A stretch of DNA of 64,000 nt. It comes from Anaerolineae bacterium (GTDB lineage Bacteria > Chloroflexota > Anaerolineae > UBA4142). A model generated the notes under the pieces. That model searched no databases and was not told the origin of the DNA. It saw nothing but the letters and a program-made list of their open reading frames with translations. Positions 1 to 9,400 of the stretch are shown piece after piece; position 1 is the first letter of the stretch; the number at the start of each line of letters is the position of its first letter. A program made the position numbers and the translations under genes. Location: NCBI GenBank assembly GCA_034435055.1, contig DAOTXS010000097.1, positions 66,864 to 130,863 of the forward strand, in the 5' to 3' direction.

Positions 1-1598
1 AGTAAAATTGCGTGTGTGTCCGCCGCGACGACCGGTCGCGTGGTGAATTGCGCGTTGCGAAAATTCCGCAGATACCAAACGATGATCGGATTCGACGCGT
101 CGGCAGAAATCGTGAGCGTGTGTGAGTCGTTCACGCGCCAACGCGAGACATTTTCGATGTCGCGCACCAAATCGCGCACATTCGCCGCGCCGGCGCGCGC
201 GACCAAGTATTCGCGGGGATCCAAACTGCCGGCGAAATTCAACATCATCGATTGACGAAAGGTCCACGCGGCAAGAATGGTTAGCACAATCGCCATCGCC
301 ACATCTTTGGCGCGATGAATGCCGACGGTGGCAACAATCAAAAACGCGACGGCGGCGACAGCGATGGTCAAGAATAACACCACCAATAAACCACCGGCGT
401 TGGCAAGTTGCAAAGTCGATGCTAGGATTTCGGTTGCCAAAAGATTGCCGCGCGTCGAAAGTTCGGCGAGGGTGAGGTAGAAAAATGCGGCGATGGTCAA
501 CGGGAGCAAATAGACCGGCAGTTCTTGCGCGAAAAATCCGGATCGATCAGTTGCGTCGATTGCGCATTCTAGCCAATTGCCCAAAAACCAACCGGCGACC
601 AACGCGAGTGGCACCGTCAGCACGACAACGCGCGCCGGGTGTTTGTCTTCGCCAAGCGAGTACAGCACGAACGCGATGCCAATCCACAACGACAACGCGG
701 CGAGCGGAATATGTGATCGATCGTTCGCGCTTGCGGTGAACGAAAGTTGGATCACCGCGGCGACGCCAAAGAAAAACGCAATCGGTTCATAGACGATGAG
801 TAAACGGAGTGGATCGAACAAGGCGATGCTGGGACGCAAACCGGCAAGCCACGTGTTGATGAGTTCGAACGTTGCGCCTAAACCTTCACGGTGCGTCAAG
901 CCGGTCGTCGCCACACCTACAAGGACGATTGCGAACAACGCTCCCGCGAACCGCCAATGACGCATTTCCAAGTTCGATTGATTCCACACGCGCGTCGTGA
1001 GCGCAAAAAATAAAATTGCACCGACAATCGTCCACGTCTCGCGCGCGGCAACGAGCGCAAGCGCGGCGAAGACCGCGGCGAGATTGAGTGCGCGCGGCGA
1101 TTCATCGTCGAACGCGCGCCACGCAAACGCGACGGCGGCAAACGCGCATGTTACCGCGATGATCGCGCCGTCGGCGGTGCGCGAAAATAAAACAAGCGAC
1201 GGTGACAACGCCAATAACGCGGAGGCAATCAGCGCGCCAGACCGTCCCAGTTCGCGGCGCAAAAGTGCGGGAAGCAAAACTAACATACTGCCAAACAAAG
1301 CCGGGACTAATCGCGCAGTAAAATCGGTTGCGCCGAAGAGCGTGAACAGAATCGCGTTGCCGGTGAACAACAGCGGACTGCCGGTTGTAGCAATCGAATT
1401 GCCGTTGATGAACTGCCACGACGCGATGGCTTGTTGCGCTTCATCAGCGTTGAGCGGCGCGGTATCCAAAATGAATAAACGCAGAAACAGCGCGACGAAA
1501 CCAAGCGCGACGTACAGCGCAGTTTCGATGGTCAGCGTGGATAAATTGAATGTGGAGGGTGCAAGTGATTCTGGATTATCGTGCGTAAATTCGGACAT
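1..1598 (-). CDS. Polytopic membrane protein, TIGR03663/Agl23-like (GT-C-like); 3' end runs off the window
   Basis: Absent from the supplied ORF track because it has no stop in the window. My own minus-strand translation from ATG 1598..1596 gives MSEFTHDNPESLAPSTFNLSTLTIETALYVALGFVALFLRLFILDTAPLNADEAQQAIASWQFINGNS... It stays open to position 3 (532 codons) and is hydrophobic throughout. The plus-strand ORF 997..1833 is its Ala/Ser-rich shadow. The start overlaps the upstream gene end by 23 nt. Confidence 0.6.
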   Translation of the reverse strand, partial: MSEFTHDNPESLAPSTFNLSTLTIETALYVALGFVALFLRLFILDTAPLNADEAQQAIASWQFINGNSIATTGSPLLFTGNAILFTLFGATDFTARLVPALFGSMLVLLPALLRRELGRSGALIASALLALSPSLVLFSRTADGAIIAVTCAFAAVAFAWRAFDDESPRALNLAAVFAALALVAARETWTIVGAILFFALTTRVWNQSNLEMRHWRFAGALFAIVLVGVATTGLTHREGLGATFELINTWLAGLRPSIALFDPLRLLIVYEPIAFFFGVAAVIQLSFTASANDRSHIPLAALSLWIGIAFVLYSLGEDKHPARVVVLTVPLALVAGWFLGNWLECAIDATDRSGFFAQELPVYLLPLTIAAFFYLTLAELSTRGNLLATEILASTLQLANAGGLLVVLFLTIAVAAVAFLIVATVGIHRAKDVAMAIVLTILAAWTFRQSMMLNFAGSLDPREYLVARAGAANVRDLVRDIENVSRWRVNDSHTLTISADASNPIIVWYLRNFRNAQFTTRPVVAADTHAIL

Positions 1599-4047
1599 TG
1601 CCATTTTCAAAAACCAATTGCAACACTTTTGCAAACTTGTCGATCTGCGCTTTTGCCAATCCGTACTTGACTTTTTCGCTCTGACCGACAACGACGAATT
1701 TTATAGCATACTTGTCGAGCAAAGTCAAAAGGTCTTTGGTATCCAAGGTTTGATAGATGCGTTGAATATCGCCCGCGCGGTCGATGCCGTTGCTGGGATC
1801 GAAATACAATTTGCTGTTGCCGCGCCACTGTGATTCGTGCCCCGCCCAACCCAACACGGTTGGCAAGCCGGTCGCCATTGAAATCCGATTGCCGTACGAA
1901 TATTCATCGCCCGGCGCTTCCAAGATCGTCGCGCCGCGCGGCGCGTTCGCGTTCAACCATTCGATTGCCGCATGATCGTCGGGGTTCGTCGCGCGAATCC
2001 ACGCAATACCGTCAAGGGTTGGCGGATTGCGAAAACCATTCGCGCGGTCGGGAATCGCGAGCGCGGGATAGATCAAACTCGCGCCGAGTAGAATTGTCAA
2101 AGCGACAATCCACGCGCCGCGTGCCAAACCGCGAAGCGATTGCAAAAGATAAACCATCGCGTACGTTCCCGCAATCGCAAACAGAGTCCACGCTTGAAAA
2201 TAAAATTTGAACACCGTGTTCATCCGCGAGCCGAACTGATCGCGCAGATACACAAACTCGACGCCGAACGTGAGCAAGAAACCGGTGAGCGCGAGCAACA
2301 ACGCAAACGTCACACTTGCATCGTCGATGCGAAGCGAAATGAGAACCACAATCGACGCGAGGAAAAGCGCGAGCAGAATAAAGAGCCACGGATCATCGAT
2401 CCACGGACGAAAGTAAGCGCCGAGGACGAGTGTCAAGAGATTGCCCGATGCGTTTGGCATCGCCGCGCGGGCTTGATCCTGCAACGCCGGCGTGAGTGCG
2501 AGAATGGTCAGTGCAAGCCCGGCGACGACGAGTGGAAACAGAATCGCGGCGGCGAGAAATGGCGCGGCGCGGCGGAACCACGCGCGCAAATTCATTTCGG
2601 TTTGCTCGCGCGTGAGTTGAATGATCCACGCGCCGAGTAAGAAAACAAACAAGCCAAACATGATGAGGTATTGATGCAGGCGTGTTTTGACAAAGAGCGT
2701 GGGGAGAATTCCGCCGGCTTGTGATTGAAAACTGACGAAGAACGGCAAGTACATCAAGATGCTGGCGATGCCCAATGTCGCGGCGAAAAAAATTACGTCG
2801 CGCGTGACATTTGTGTTCCATTCACTTTCGGCGCGATACCGTGCGATGGCAAACGCGGCGACCAAAATAAAACCGTACGGCAAAATGTCCCAGGAGTTGA
2901 GGAAGAACAAGCCGCCCAAGACCAGCGGATAAATTCCAAATTCCAAATTCCAAATTCCCAATAATGTTTGTTGAGATTTGAGATTGGGTATTTGAGATTT
3001 GGCGTTGAGCAGATTGAGTGCGACTGCAAGCGCGAGCAGGACAAACGGCAATGCGAGGACGTGCGGATGTAAATCGCCTAAAAGAAAACTGAATTGCGGA
3101 AACTCGTCGATCACTTCAACCGAGTTGCCGCCGATGACATCGTGCACCACCCGTGACGCGCGCCACCACCACCAATTGTCGGTGGGAATCCATGTGCCGT
3201 TGACTGTCGCTTGCGCGAGTCCTTTGATGTCGAGCCATTGCCAGAAATCGTCCGGCAGAATGCCGCGATTGTGCAGAATCTCGAACACGGATTCCAAATT
3301 GCCAACGACGGTCAAAAATATCGGCGCAAAAAAAGATAACGCCATTGCGCTCAAAGTTGGTATTTTAAATTTCGAGTCCCGAATCAAATTGTACGCGACG
3401 CCGTACGCGCCGGTTGTACCTAGTGCAAAGAGCGTAGCGATGGCAAGATTGAACGCCATACTCGATGGAATCCCGCTCACCAGCGTTAGCATCGCAACGA
3501 TGACGTAGCCAAAGTAGTAATAACTGATTGCGTAACCGGACAGCCACGGATCGAGCGGGGGAAAGCGTTCGCTTTGCAAGACACCGTTGAGAAACGCAAA
3601 CTCCATCGGTTTTTCGGTGAAGGTGATTTCCGGCATATACGCCCGCACGAAAACCCACAGCAAAAATGCGAAGGTGAAAACGAGTTCAGTAGCGAGGATG
3701 GTGGATGTGTTGGAGCGCAACCAATCGGCGAAGGACGGAGGACGAAAGACGAAAGACGGAGGTTCATCCTCGGTAATCGGTCTTTGGTCATCGGTCATCG
3801 GTCGTCCTGCGAGCCACCAGCTCAACGCCGCGACGCCGATCACCACAAGCAAAATTGCGCCGCGCGTGTTGGTTAGAAAACCAAGCGATGTCAAAAGCCA
3901 GAACGGGTACGCGACCAACAAAAGACCAAGTGGTTTGGTGAACGCATAACCGCGATCCGGCAAGTTGCGGAAAAATCGAAAGGCAAGCGGCAAAACTGCC
4001 AGCCCGATTAATTCAAGTAACAGCCACCAAAGCAAGACTTCTAGCAT
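1576..4047 (-). CDS. Chlor_Arch_YYY (DUF2298-type) integral membrane protein, 823 aa
   Basis: Long ORF with ATG at 4047. It has many predicted TM helices and the YYYxG motif 'AISYYYFGYVIV'. Its N-terminus (LPDRGYAFTKPLGLLLVAYPFW) is paralogous to residues ~745 onward of the 1563-aa protein. It carries two in-frame heptamer-hairpin insertions. Confidence 0.8.
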   Translation of the reverse strand: MLEVLLWWLLLELIGLAVLPLAFRFFRNLPDRGYAFTKPLGLLLVAYPFWLLTSLGFLTNTRGAILLVVIGVAALSWWLAGRPMTDDQRPITEDEPPSFVFRPPSFADWLRSNTSTILATELVFTFAFLLWVFVRAYMPEITFTEKPMEFAFLNGVLQSERFPPLDPWLSGYAISYYYFGYVIVAMLTLVSGIPSSMAFNLAIATLFALGTTGAYGVAYNLIRDSKFKIPTLSAMALSFFAPIFLTVVGNLESVFEILHNRGILPDDFWQWLDIKGLAQATVNGTWIPTDNWWWWRASRVVHDVIGGNSVEVIDEFPQFSFLLGDLHPHVLALPFVLLALAVALNLLNAKSQIPNLKSQQTLLGIWNLEFGIYPLVLGGLFFLNSWDILPYGFILVAAFAIARYRAESEWNTNVTRDVIFFAATLGIASILMYLPFFVSFQSQAGGILPTLFVKTRLHQYLIMFGLFVFLLGAWIIQLTREQTEMNLRAWFRRAAPFLAAAILFPLVVAGLALTILALTPALQDQARAAMPNASGNLLTLVLGAYFRPWIDDPWLFILLALFLASIVVLISLRIDDASVTFALLLALTGFLLTFGVEFVYLRDQFGSRMNTVFKFYFQAWTLFAIAGTYAMVYLLQSLRGLARGAWIVALTILLGASLIYPALAIPDRANGFRNPPTLDGIAWIRATNPDDHAAIEWLNANAPRGATILEAPGDEYSYGNRISMATGLPTVLGWAGHESQWRGNSKLYFDPSNGIDRAGDIQRIYQTLDTKDLLTLLDKYAIKFVVVGQSEKVKYGLAKAQIDKFAKVLQLVFENGNVRIYAR
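2931..3002. repeat. Heptamer-periodic imperfect hairpin repeat (AAATTCC x4 / TGAGATT x3-4), in-frame in a CDS
   Basis: The sequence is aaattcc aaattcc aaattcc aaattcc caataatgtttgt tgagatt tgagatt gggtatt tgagatt tgg. On the minus strand it translates as SQIPNLKSQQTLLGIWNLEFGIYP within the 823-aa protein. Confidence 0.85.
3730..3807. repeat. Heptamer-periodic imperfect hairpin repeat (GAAGGAC/GAAAGAC arm vs CATCGGT/CTTTGGT arm), in-frame in a CDS
   Basis: The sequence is gaaggac ggaggac gaaagac gaaagac ggagg ttcat cctcggt aatcggt ctttggt catcggt catcggt cgtcc. It translates as MTDDQRPITEDEPPSFVFRPPSF in the 823-aa protein. Confidence 0.85.
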
Positions 4048-4053
4048 CGATGT

Positions 4054-5616
4054 TTACTCGGTATATTCCCACGTGAACCGACTTTTTGGTAATAGAATAT
4101 CGATGCCTTCGGGCGTCACGTTGATTTGTGGTGCGTTGATAATGCCCAAGTAATTATCCATGCGAATGATGTTTGTTGCCACGGTCGTGGAATCACGCGA
4201 CTGGTTGAACGAAGTGTCTTCACTGTTCGCGCACTCCCAGGTATTGTTTGCAAAATACACCACCGATCCGCCGATCCAGAATGGATACTTGCATGCCTTG
4301 TCGCTCTTGGGTTCGTACGTGGTGATGTTGTCGCGCAGAAAATTGCCGAACGAAAAGGTGATCTCGAAACAATTGTCGCTTGCGCCCGCGCAAAAATTCG
4401 ACAAAAAGTTATTGTTGTTACTAGCGAGGTTGCGTTCGCCGCTCATGTAAAAACAATTGCCGCTCAACTCGCAATAGTTGTTGGCGATGACATTCATCGT
4501 ACAGCCGAGACAGACCCAGCCCGCGGTCTCGCACCCGGTTAGAAATTTTCTGCCGTCGGGCGTTGTGCATCCGTGATTGTTGCGATCGAGCGTATTGCCG
4601 ACAAAATAACTTTCCCGGCTTGCCCAGTTGTACGACCCCCAACCGTTGAGGTCGCTCAAATTATTATCGATGATGTAATTGTTGCGTCCATTCATTGTCG
4701 CAATGCCGATGGTGCCACCGCGCACGGTAACTCGGTGAATCGTTGTGTTCGATCCTTTGAGCAAGATGCCGCCGCCGTATTGAATCCCGCCGCGAATCGT
4801 CGTCGTTTGTGGACGCGTCGCGAAAAGACATTCGTCATACAAACAAAGCCACGCGCCCAAATCGCGATTGTCCGCGCGCGCTTGAATCGTTACGCTATCG
4901 ACCCAGTTATTCGATCCTTCCAGTGTCACCGCAAATTGGCGACCGTTGCTGGTCACCGTAGCATTATCGCCGAAGAGTGCGATGTTGTCGCCCAGAATGT
5001 TGAGGGGCGGATATGTTTGTCCCGGGCAAAGCCGGAGACTGCGACGAATCGGATTGGTAATTTGTGATGGCGGCGTGCACGTGATTGGATCGGCGGGGAA
5101 GGGCAGCGTCAGTGTGTTGGTGATCGCGCCGGGCGGCAGATTGATCTGCAAAACTTTTCTTCCGTTTTGGACGGCAACTTTTGCGACGTCGCCCGTCGTG
5201 AATGGCGCGATGCGCGCAAAACTGCTGACCCCTTCGCCGGTTACGCTCAACCGGTACGTGATTGCGTTTGGCGCGCGATTTTCGACAATGACGTAAAACA
5301 CGCCTTTGAAACCAAAACGCCCCGACCACTGCAAAGTATCGTCGCGCAATCGCGTGGCGCGTCCGGTCGGCGTAACGTTTTCGCCGCGTCGCACAGCTTC
5401 CATTTGCTCGGCGGTGTAAATCGAAATCACGAGATTCACCACATCGGTTTGCGTGGCAATGATTGTGATGGTTGAATTTTCGATTTTGTAATCAAAACGG
5501 TACTCGATGCGTCGATTGCCTTGTACGGTTGAAATCGGCGCTTGTGCGATTGCCGCAAGCGCCGGCAGTGTTAAAAACAGAACGACGCCCCAAAGAATTG
5601 CAGAATATCGTTTCAT
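4054..5616 (-). CDS. Secreted Cys-rich right-handed beta-helix repeat protein (pectate-lyase/NosD-like fold) with an N-terminal beta-sandwich-like domain
   Basis: Signal peptide MKRYSAILWGVVLFLTLPALAAIAQA. There are many Asn/Gly-rich ~22-aa turns (NNYIIDNNLSDLNGWG, IANNYCELSGNCFY, NNNNFLSNFCAG). I prefer the ATG at 5616 because it forms an ATGA overlap with the upstream stop; 5631 is an alternative start. Confidence 0.6.
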   Translation of the reverse strand: MKRYSAILWGVVLFLTLPALAAIAQAPISTVQGNRRIEYRFDYKIENSTITIIATQTDVVNLVISIYTAEQMEAVRRGENVTPTGRATRLRDDTLQWSGRFGFKGVFYVIVENRAPNAITYRLSVTGEGVSSFARIAPFTTGDVAKVAVQNGRKVLQINLPPGAITNTLTLPFPADPITCTPPSQITNPIRRSLRLCPGQTYPPLNILGDNIALFGDNATVTSNGRQFAVTLEGSNNWVDSVTIQARADNRDLGAWLCLYDECLFATRPQTTTIRGGIQYGGGILLKGSNTTIHRVTVRGGTIGIATMNGRNNYIIDNNLSDLNGWGSYNWASRESYFVGNTLDRNNHGCTTPDGRKFLTGCETAGWVCLGCTMNVIANNYCELSGNCFYMSGERNLASNNNNFLSNFCAGASDNCFEITFSFGNFLRDNITTYEPKSDKACKYPFWIGGSVVYFANNTWECANSEDTSFNQSRDSTTVATNIIRMDNYLGIINAPQINVTPEGIDILLPKSRFTWEYTE

Positions 5617-6467
5617 CTTCCTTGCCACCAATCCTTGCGCGAACGCGGGTCCATAAACGCGCCCGAGTCACGAATCACCACACCCACTTCTTCGCCGATG
5701 GCAGTCCCAACACCTTGCCCGGCAAACAATGCTGGCAAGCGTGCGCGTCCTGCTGCGTTCAGCGTTTGGTACAGCACGAGTAAATTTGGATCGACGCAAA
5801 TATTTTCCAAATGCAAAGTGTAACCCAGAACCACATTATCTTCGCGCGAGTATTTTAGGGTGAGGCGCGTAGGTGCGGCGTACAAGACCATCACTTCATA
5901 ACCATTTGGCAATCTACCAATGTCATAACCGGAACTTGGCACGCGAATTGTTTCCGTTCGCGTTGTGACCAACCCGGCAAGTGTGACCGGCGGATTGACG
6001 ATCGGGGTCGTGCGGCAATTACAATTCCAATCCCAGTTGTACACTTGATGCGTCGATGTGAAAACGCCAGTGCGATTATCGCTGAACAAACCGGGCAGTT
6101 GTGGCGCGGCAGGATCGCTTTGTCCCGGCAAATCGATCAAGCCCAGATATTGATTGGTTTGTGTGTAGCCGCGCAACGCTAGATTCAGGTCGGCGTGTTG
6201 TTCCGCCGGGCGATCCGTTGGCGCGGAGATGATTGTAACACTGCCGTACGATTCGTTCAACACCGGGCAGCGATTCGGTAAAGTAATCCACGGCAAATAA
6301 ATCGAGTGCGTCATTGCATCTGACGTACGCAAAAGCGGGCGATGACCCGCGGACTCTGGAATTGTGTTCGCACGGACGTTCGGTGCGCCGTCGGAAAAAA
6401 TAGCGCTGCCGATTGCAAGCGTCATCGCGCTGACGACGCTCAACCATTTGAGTAATTCGCACTTCAT
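5613..6467 (-). CDS. Secreted hypothetical protein (284 aa), no family recognised
   Basis: N-terminal signal-like segment MKCELLKWLSVVSAMTLAIGSAIF. It has ATGA overlaps with both neighbours (6464-6467 and 5613-5616). It contains a Cys cluster, NWDWNCNCR. Confidence 0.6.
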   Translation of the reverse strand: MKCELLKWLSVVSAMTLAIGSAIFSDGAPNVRANTIPESAGHRPLLRTSDAMTHSIYLPWITLPNRCPVLNESYGSVTIISAPTDRPAEQHADLNLALRGYTQTNQYLGLIDLPGQSDPAAPQLPGLFSDNRTGVFTSTHQVYNWDWNCNCRTTPIVNPPVTLAGLVTTRTETIRVPSSGYDIGRLPNGYEVMVLYAAPTRLTLKYSREDNVVLGYTLHLENICVDPNLLVLYQTLNAAGRARLPALFAGQGVGTAIGEEVGVVIRDSGAFMDPRSRKDWWQGR

Positions 6468-9400
6468 TTGTTCACTTGATAAATCGTCACGCCGGGATTT
6501 TGATAAACCAGTGCGAGGGCGCCGGCGCGCGCCATTGCGTCAAACTTTGCCAGCCCGGCGTGATCGTAAAACGCCATTTCTAATTCGCCGATGTACACAT
6601 ATCGCACATCGAAACGCTCCATCTGCGCCAACGCGATTTGCGGATCGCGGGTATTGTAAATCGTTCGCACAGTTTCCATTCGCCGGTCGATGATGCCGCC
6701 ATCGATGATCGAACGTTGTTGTTTCTGATGCCAGTCCCAGCCGATGACCGTCGGCAAGCCAGTGTAAATCGATACGCGCGATGCCCAGTGATACAACGGC
6801 GCATTGCCTTCCAAAATCACCGGCGAGCCGATTACATTCGCGCGCAACCACTCGAACGCTTGACGGTCGTATTCCAACGTCATATCCCGATCGCGGTCTT
6901 GATACGTGGCTGTTTTTAAAAATTCCATTCCATTCAAACCCGCAGGCGAACCAAGCACAAAGCGATCCGTTACTTTGGCGCGCGTCGCCGTAATCGTGTA
7001 CGTCAAACCAATAACGATGAGGATTGAAAAGATAAACCACCACGCAAAGGGCAAGACCGATGACCGCGGACGGATGACTGCGATATTTTCCTCCGTCATC
7101 GGTTGTCGGTTGTCCATCTGATGCAAGAACGCGATTCCGGTTGCCGCCGCGAGCGCGAAGAAATTCCACGCCTGCAAATAAAATTTGAACACGGTATTCA
7201 TTCTGCCAATATCGCCTTTGTACGTGATGAGCTCGACCATCATTGTCAACGCAAGACCGGCGGCAAGCAACAAGGCGATAAAACGTTCGCGTGCGTCGAG
7301 TTCCGGGCGCAAGAAAAGTAGCCCGGCAAGCACGAGCAACGGGAACGCTAGTGTAAACGCGGCGAGATTCAGGACAAGGAAGAAGGCTTCGATGACGATG
7401 AACGCAACGATAATCAGCGGTTGCCAGGTTGCCCACACCTCGCGTCGCGCTGGCGTATCGAATGTGCGCGCGATGAGATAGGTTGCAATCGCAAAAAGGA
7501 AAATGCCGTGAACGATAAAATACTGACCAAGTGTTGTGCGTTCGCCCTTCCACAATTCGGTGGCGAGATACGCGGTGGCAAAATTACTGACGAACGGTTG
7601 ATACAACCAACTGCTCAAAACGAAAACTGCGCCAAATCGCCACGCGACGCCGACGACCAAATCCAATGTGATTTCGCGACGCCGCGCGTACTCACCAATC
7701 GCAATCGCCGCGCCGATGACGAGCAAGTACGTCGGATAATCGGCGTAGTTGATTGCGCGCAGTCCGCCGATGACCAACGCGGCGACAATAACTTCGACGA
7801 CAGCGATTGGTGAAATTTGGATGACCGGCCAAAAAGGCAGGCGCGCGTCGTCGTTGTGCTCGCGCGCACGGAGCGCGTAGTTGATCGCGACGCCAATCGC
7901 AAGCATCGTGAACGGGAGTGCCATCAAATGCGCGTGCAAATCGCCGTAGAGAAAAGTAAAAAATGGAAATTCATTGATCGTGTCCGGAATTGTCCGCGTG
8001 GCGTTCCAATACCACCAACCCAGCGGCACATCGAACGACGCGCCGTCTGCGATTACGCGCCACGCGCCGGTGAAAATACTCGCCAGGATTGCGCCGGGAG
8101 CATCCAAGTTGCCAGCGCCAATTTTCATCAGTGTTTGTCCAATGAGAATGATTTGTCCCAGGTTGCCGATGACGGCGACGAACAAAACGGCGAGCAAGCC
8201 GGCGAAGATTGCCGGTTTTGTCATTGCGAGGAGCATTTTTTGTGACGTGGCAATTTCCAAGTTACTTGGGGATTGCTTTGCCGCTTTGTGGTTCGCAATG
8301 ACAGTGCAAGTCAGATTGAACGCCGCACTGAACGCGCCCGCGCCGAGCAACGCAAAGAACGTTGGGAGCGCGAGATTGTACGCGACTTCCGGGACGATGC
8401 CGGAAAATTTGATCAGCGTTGCGGTGATGAGTTGTCCAAAGTAATAATAGTTGATGAACCCGCCGGCAAACCACGGGTCGTACGCCGGAAACCACGTCGA
8501 TTTGATCATCGCGTTAAGATATGCAAAATCCATCGGCTTTTCGCCGCCGTACCACTGATGCCACAAATCTGGATTGCCGTAACGAATTAACAAGAACAAT
8601 CCAAAACACGCAAAGAAAACTAATTCTTCGACAAGGATGAGCCGGCGTTGCGCGCGTAGAAAATTTGCAATTTCGCTTCCGTGTCGCCAAACGATAATTG
8701 CACTGACGAGTGCAAGCAATACGATTATTAAACCGATGCTCGTGCGATTGAACGGGAGCCAATGGTAACTCGCCAAAATCCACGCGCCCCACGCGACGAG
8801 CAAAATTCCCAGCGATTTGGCAAACACATAACCGCGATCAATCAATCCGCGGAAAACGACAAACGCAACTGGAAACGCGAGCCAGCCAATCGACTGAATC
8901 AGCGCGAGCCACCCGATCACCGGCATTTGATTGATGAAATCATTCGGATGAAAAATTTCTGACCACGTGCCGCCGCTCTGTTGCGCCGCACGATCCGTTG
9001 GAGTGAGCAAAAGGGCAGTCTTTGCCTGCGTCGCTTCGCGGGGCCAGAAACGATACACTTCTTCCAGATCGATGCTGTTGAACATTGCGGAAATTTTTTC
9101 CGCCGAAAAGCGCGGCGACTTTTTAAAGATTGTTACTTTCGGATGATCGTAAACGGTAAATGTTTCGTCTGCGTCGTCGTCGATAAATTCGATGCCGAGC
9201 AATTGCGGACGCGATGTAAACTCGGCGACTTGATCGAAACCCAACGTGCCATCGAACAGCCACGCGTAATATTTCGTCGTCAGTGGATAACGCATCGGCA
9301 AGCGCGGAATCGAACCGTACAAGCGATTACTCGACAGGATGATGTAATCAGCGTCGTTGAGCCACCGAATCGCTTGCGCGCGTTTTTCCGGTGTATCTTC

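Noticed and set aside
997-1833. 278-aa plus-strand ORF (Ala/Ser/Asn-rich).
   Set aside because: It is the antisense shadow of the real minus-strand membrane-protein gene (<1..1598), which I translated by hand. The composition is untypical of a real protein, and it also overlaps the 3' end of the 823-aa gene.
2931-3807. I considered whether the clustered short repeats (here and in hypF) could be a CRISPR array.
   Set aside because: The units are 7 nt, directly tandem with no unique spacers, arranged as two roughly complementary blocks, and located inside ORFs. None of this fits CRISPR architecture, and no cas genes are present.
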